DNA from: Klebsormidium nitens
Lineage: Eukaryota > Plantae > Klebsormidiophyceae
Reading direction: 5' to 3'
Length of the DNA stretch: 64,000 nucleotides
Assembly: GCA_000708835.1 (NCBI GenBank)
Contig: DF236994.1
Span: forward strand, 124,001-188,000
The notes under the pieces are model-generated. The model worked only from the letters and a program-made list of their open reading frames with translations. It ran no database searches and had not been told where the DNA came from. The first letter of the stretch is position 1. Each line of letters starts with the position of its first letter. A program made the position numbers and the translations under genes. Positions 61,028 through 64,000 of the stretch are shown here, in pieces.

Positions 61028-61754
61028 GTTTGATTGTGGCGGGCCAGACGGAAGGTCACTTTACATCTGAAGGGTCCTTTGAGATCCGAGTCCTGCTTCA
61101 AAGACAGCGCTTCCTATGGAACGTCCACCATCGTAGGATCCTTACTCTGGGAGACCACGTCATTGTTTTGTGGATTGCATGCGGCCACTCCCGCGGAAGA
61201 CCGCATGCGCATCTCCGCTCAGAACTTGCAGAGGCTGATTATTCAAGCGCGTCTCAACGTCAGAGGCCTTCAAGGAGTCTGCTCTCGTAGCTTGCAAGTG
61301 CTGCAATGACTAAAGTAGACTCTGTCAAAATCGAACACCAGTGGCTGTGTCACATCAAGCAGATCGGACACCAGTGTAACACTTCTTACGTACTTGAATG
61401 TCCCAGCTTTGACCATCTGCCTACCGCGGTTTGCGCGAAAACACGGTTGCCGCGGCCGCCCGCCGGGTTGAGGCTGACACAGTGACTTCATAAGAATTCC
61501 TGGCATCCAGCCCACGCGGCCGCCCGCCGCGCCGATCTGGCAGACAGTCGGAGCTGAGCAGGTTCCAGAGCGAAGCTGCGGACGTGGGATTGGAACGTAG
61601 AGGGAAGAACAGAAGCCTAAAGCAACTCAAGCGGACCCTTACCACTTCCGGTGTCTCGGAGTTGAATCTTGAACAAAAGTGCTGCGCGCTATCGCGATCA
61701 AAAGGGTCTCCCTGTGCGGCAAGCAAAGGAACAGCTAGTATCTCGTGCACAGCT

Positions 61755-63997
61755 ATGTTCAAGCGGTTGAGGTCGCTGCTATCAACAATGAAAGGAGCGA
61801 GTCTCTACATTAGTGACAGAGTAGTACGAGTTCATGTCGTCCAGATCAGCGAGATCTGGGAAAAATCTTCAGCTTCGAAGAACATCACAAGAAGTACGAG
61901 CTCCATTGAGAGCAGTTAGAAGCTAGTCGCTGAATGCGGAAGACTTCTTCTGGATACAGTGGTGGAAGACGAAGAGAAGATGCATGAGCCGCTGATTGAC
62001 TTGGAGATGCAAGCCGTACAAGATGGCGATGGAGCACTTGACGAGTATGGAGGTACAGCTCAAGCTGTCTCGTGGGGACCAGAAATTGCAGACAGCCTTC
62101 TGAAAGATCTCAAGCCATTCGAAATACGTTGAAAAGCATGTTCTTCAAGTGAAACCGCCGATTTTTGTTCACGGAAAGGGAAAGCAAATGCGTATGACTT
62201 GCACAGCACGCAAGTGTATACCAGCAACAGATCCGCTGGTGAAACGGAACTCAGCTTTCAGTAGTGAACAATCTTATGTGAAGAAAAGTGCACCAAATTC
62301 GTGATAATCATCGAACCAAAGTGGCTCAGTTGTTAGCTAATGTATTGAAGCTTCTTTACTCGTGAGCAAAGCTTATATGCTTTCTAATCGTGCAATCACG
62401 CCATATCAAAACTTCGAAGTCAGCTTCGTTCGAGTTAAGTTGGTAGCTCTCTTTCCATTGCATGTTGTACTCGCAGAGGTGACCATACAACGTGCGTCGC
62501 CACGATATGTAGAAAGTTTGAAGCTTTCTGAGTGCAGTCATGAGCCTCTGTGACAAATGACTGAAAAGTTATGCTTCGAGATCCTGTCCCAAGATGCAAT
62601 TTCTGTCTGAGTTTATTGACAAGGCTGTTCTCTACCGTGACAGGTTGGTCATACGTTCAAGACATCGTCGTCAATACTAGTGTCTTAGCTGCCAGCTCCG
62701 TCTACTTCAGAAGGATGCTGACGTCCGGCCTGCAGGAGAGTCTATCAAATGACCGATTAATAGAACTGAAGCTTTTTTCACACGGTGAGTAACTAACATG
62801 GAAAGATAAAATTGACGCGTCTTTGACCAGGAACCGACGCTTCTCGCTTCCAATCAGCTTTCTCATCTTAATCGAGTGACCAGAACTATGTTTTGATAAT
62901 GGGAGATATTGCCCGATTCCCCAGTCTCTAAGCAAGGCCTTCGAGCTTGTATTCTCAGAAACGGAAGCGTTTAAAGTGAGATCTGCTGGAAGGCCTTGAC
63001 AATCTTGACAGGATTTCACCGTGGTCCTGAGCACCGTTTATACAGACGTCAGATTGCCGTGCGTTCCTTCTACTGTGTCTAATGTCAAAGGACTTGGATA
63101 GCACTGTATACAGGGCAGGTTGTCAACTTAAACTTCTTCGCAGACTATAATTACATGTTGAGAGGGGACCAAAGCTGGCGAATTCAATACGTCTGCGCCC
63201 GATCCTGCACCCTATACGTTACCTGCTAAGATCAATCATAGTGCAAATCTTATTACCCGTTCTTGCAAGTGACCTTCGCCCCTTTGTTGCTTGCAGAAGC
63301 GCCATTCTTCAACGCCCTCATCGAATTTATGCACAGCCAAGAGATCCCGCCGACCATACGCTCTGACAAGGAGTCCCTCTGCTGGCTCTTGATCCTGGCG
63401 GATCGCATCGAGACGCCAGCGTGCATTCGGAAGTGCGTCGAACATCTGATGGCAACCCCCGTGTGTCTTGCCGACGTAGTGATGTGCGTCAATCTTCCAG
63501 AGACGGTGAAGAGACATCCGTCAGTCCGGGTGTTAATGGACGCCGTGTGCAAGTACGCATGCTGGTCCTTTGAGGACCTGGCCGCGGCGGAGAGTATTCA
63601 CACTATGGATGAGCGCAGCCTGAAGAAAATCATCGCTAGCCCGAGTTATGGTAGGCATTGGAGCAAAGACGACATAGAAACGCTTTTTGCAGTATGCGTT
63701 GAGTGGTTTCGTCATGGAAGCGAGAACCGCTGGGAAGCTTTCTCGGCCCTTGTGCTTTCGTTCGAAGTCTGGCGTTTGCAGCGCTCCTTCATCAGAGAAA
63801 TCTGCCCGGAGATTTGCACCAACAAAGGCCAGGCACTCCTGGAAAAGATCGAGGCGGGATATCCTTGGCGCATGAAAGAGACGAAAGCTGCGGGGATCCA
63901 GTCAGTTGACCCGGATCAACTCGGAATTCTGAGGATCAATCACCACGGTAAGCGATACCCAACGAAGAGTGCTCGTCCAGCTGCCTTCTTTCAGTGA
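61755..63997 (+). CDS. BTB/POZ-BACK protein, possibly disrupted at the 5' end
   Basis: Exons ~61755-62052, 62644-62784 (VNTSVLAASSVYFRRMLTSGLQES) and 63297-63997 (LIEFMHS...LLILADR...BACK-like). SDRVVRVHV motif in exon 1, but an in-frame TAG at 61917-61919. The start is uncertain. Confidence 0.75.
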
Positions 63998-64000
63998 GGC

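Noticed and set aside
1-64000. tRNA, rRNA genes, CRISPR arrays or prokaryotic operons
   Set aside because: None recognised by eye; the window is spliced eukaryotic DNA with no regularly spaced repeat-spacer array.

Overview
Intron-rich eukaryotic nuclear DNA. Plant-type genes (ESV1, a thylakoid-lumen protein) plus GC3-rich exons suggest a streptophyte green alga, possibly Klebsormidium; this is inference. Apparently intact spliced genes, assembled by hand from splice sites and reading phase: a Tat-targeted chloroplast lumen protein, ESV1, RAD9, a Gfo/Idh/MocA oxidoreductase, IFRD1-like, RFT1, and a five-C2H2-finger / ADP-ribosyltransferase fusion with an intact-looking H-Y-E triad. All four ubiquitin-ligase adaptor genes (2 F-box/LRR, 2 BTB-BACK) carry frame disruptions. 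A decayed 9.75-kb tyrosine-recombinase retrotransposon (31243-40996) has split direct repeats and an antisense recombinase (PAT/TOC1/kangaroo-like). It sits between two divergent genes and carries two nested insertions: an LTR-like piece spanning an N-gap, and a poly(A)-tailed, 24-bp-TSD-flanked insert with an OTU-like fragment. Also present are a diverged ~2.4-kb tandem duplication, decoy exon copies in an RFT1 intron, and two weak SET-like relics. Exon boundaries were read by eye; no searches or alignments were run.
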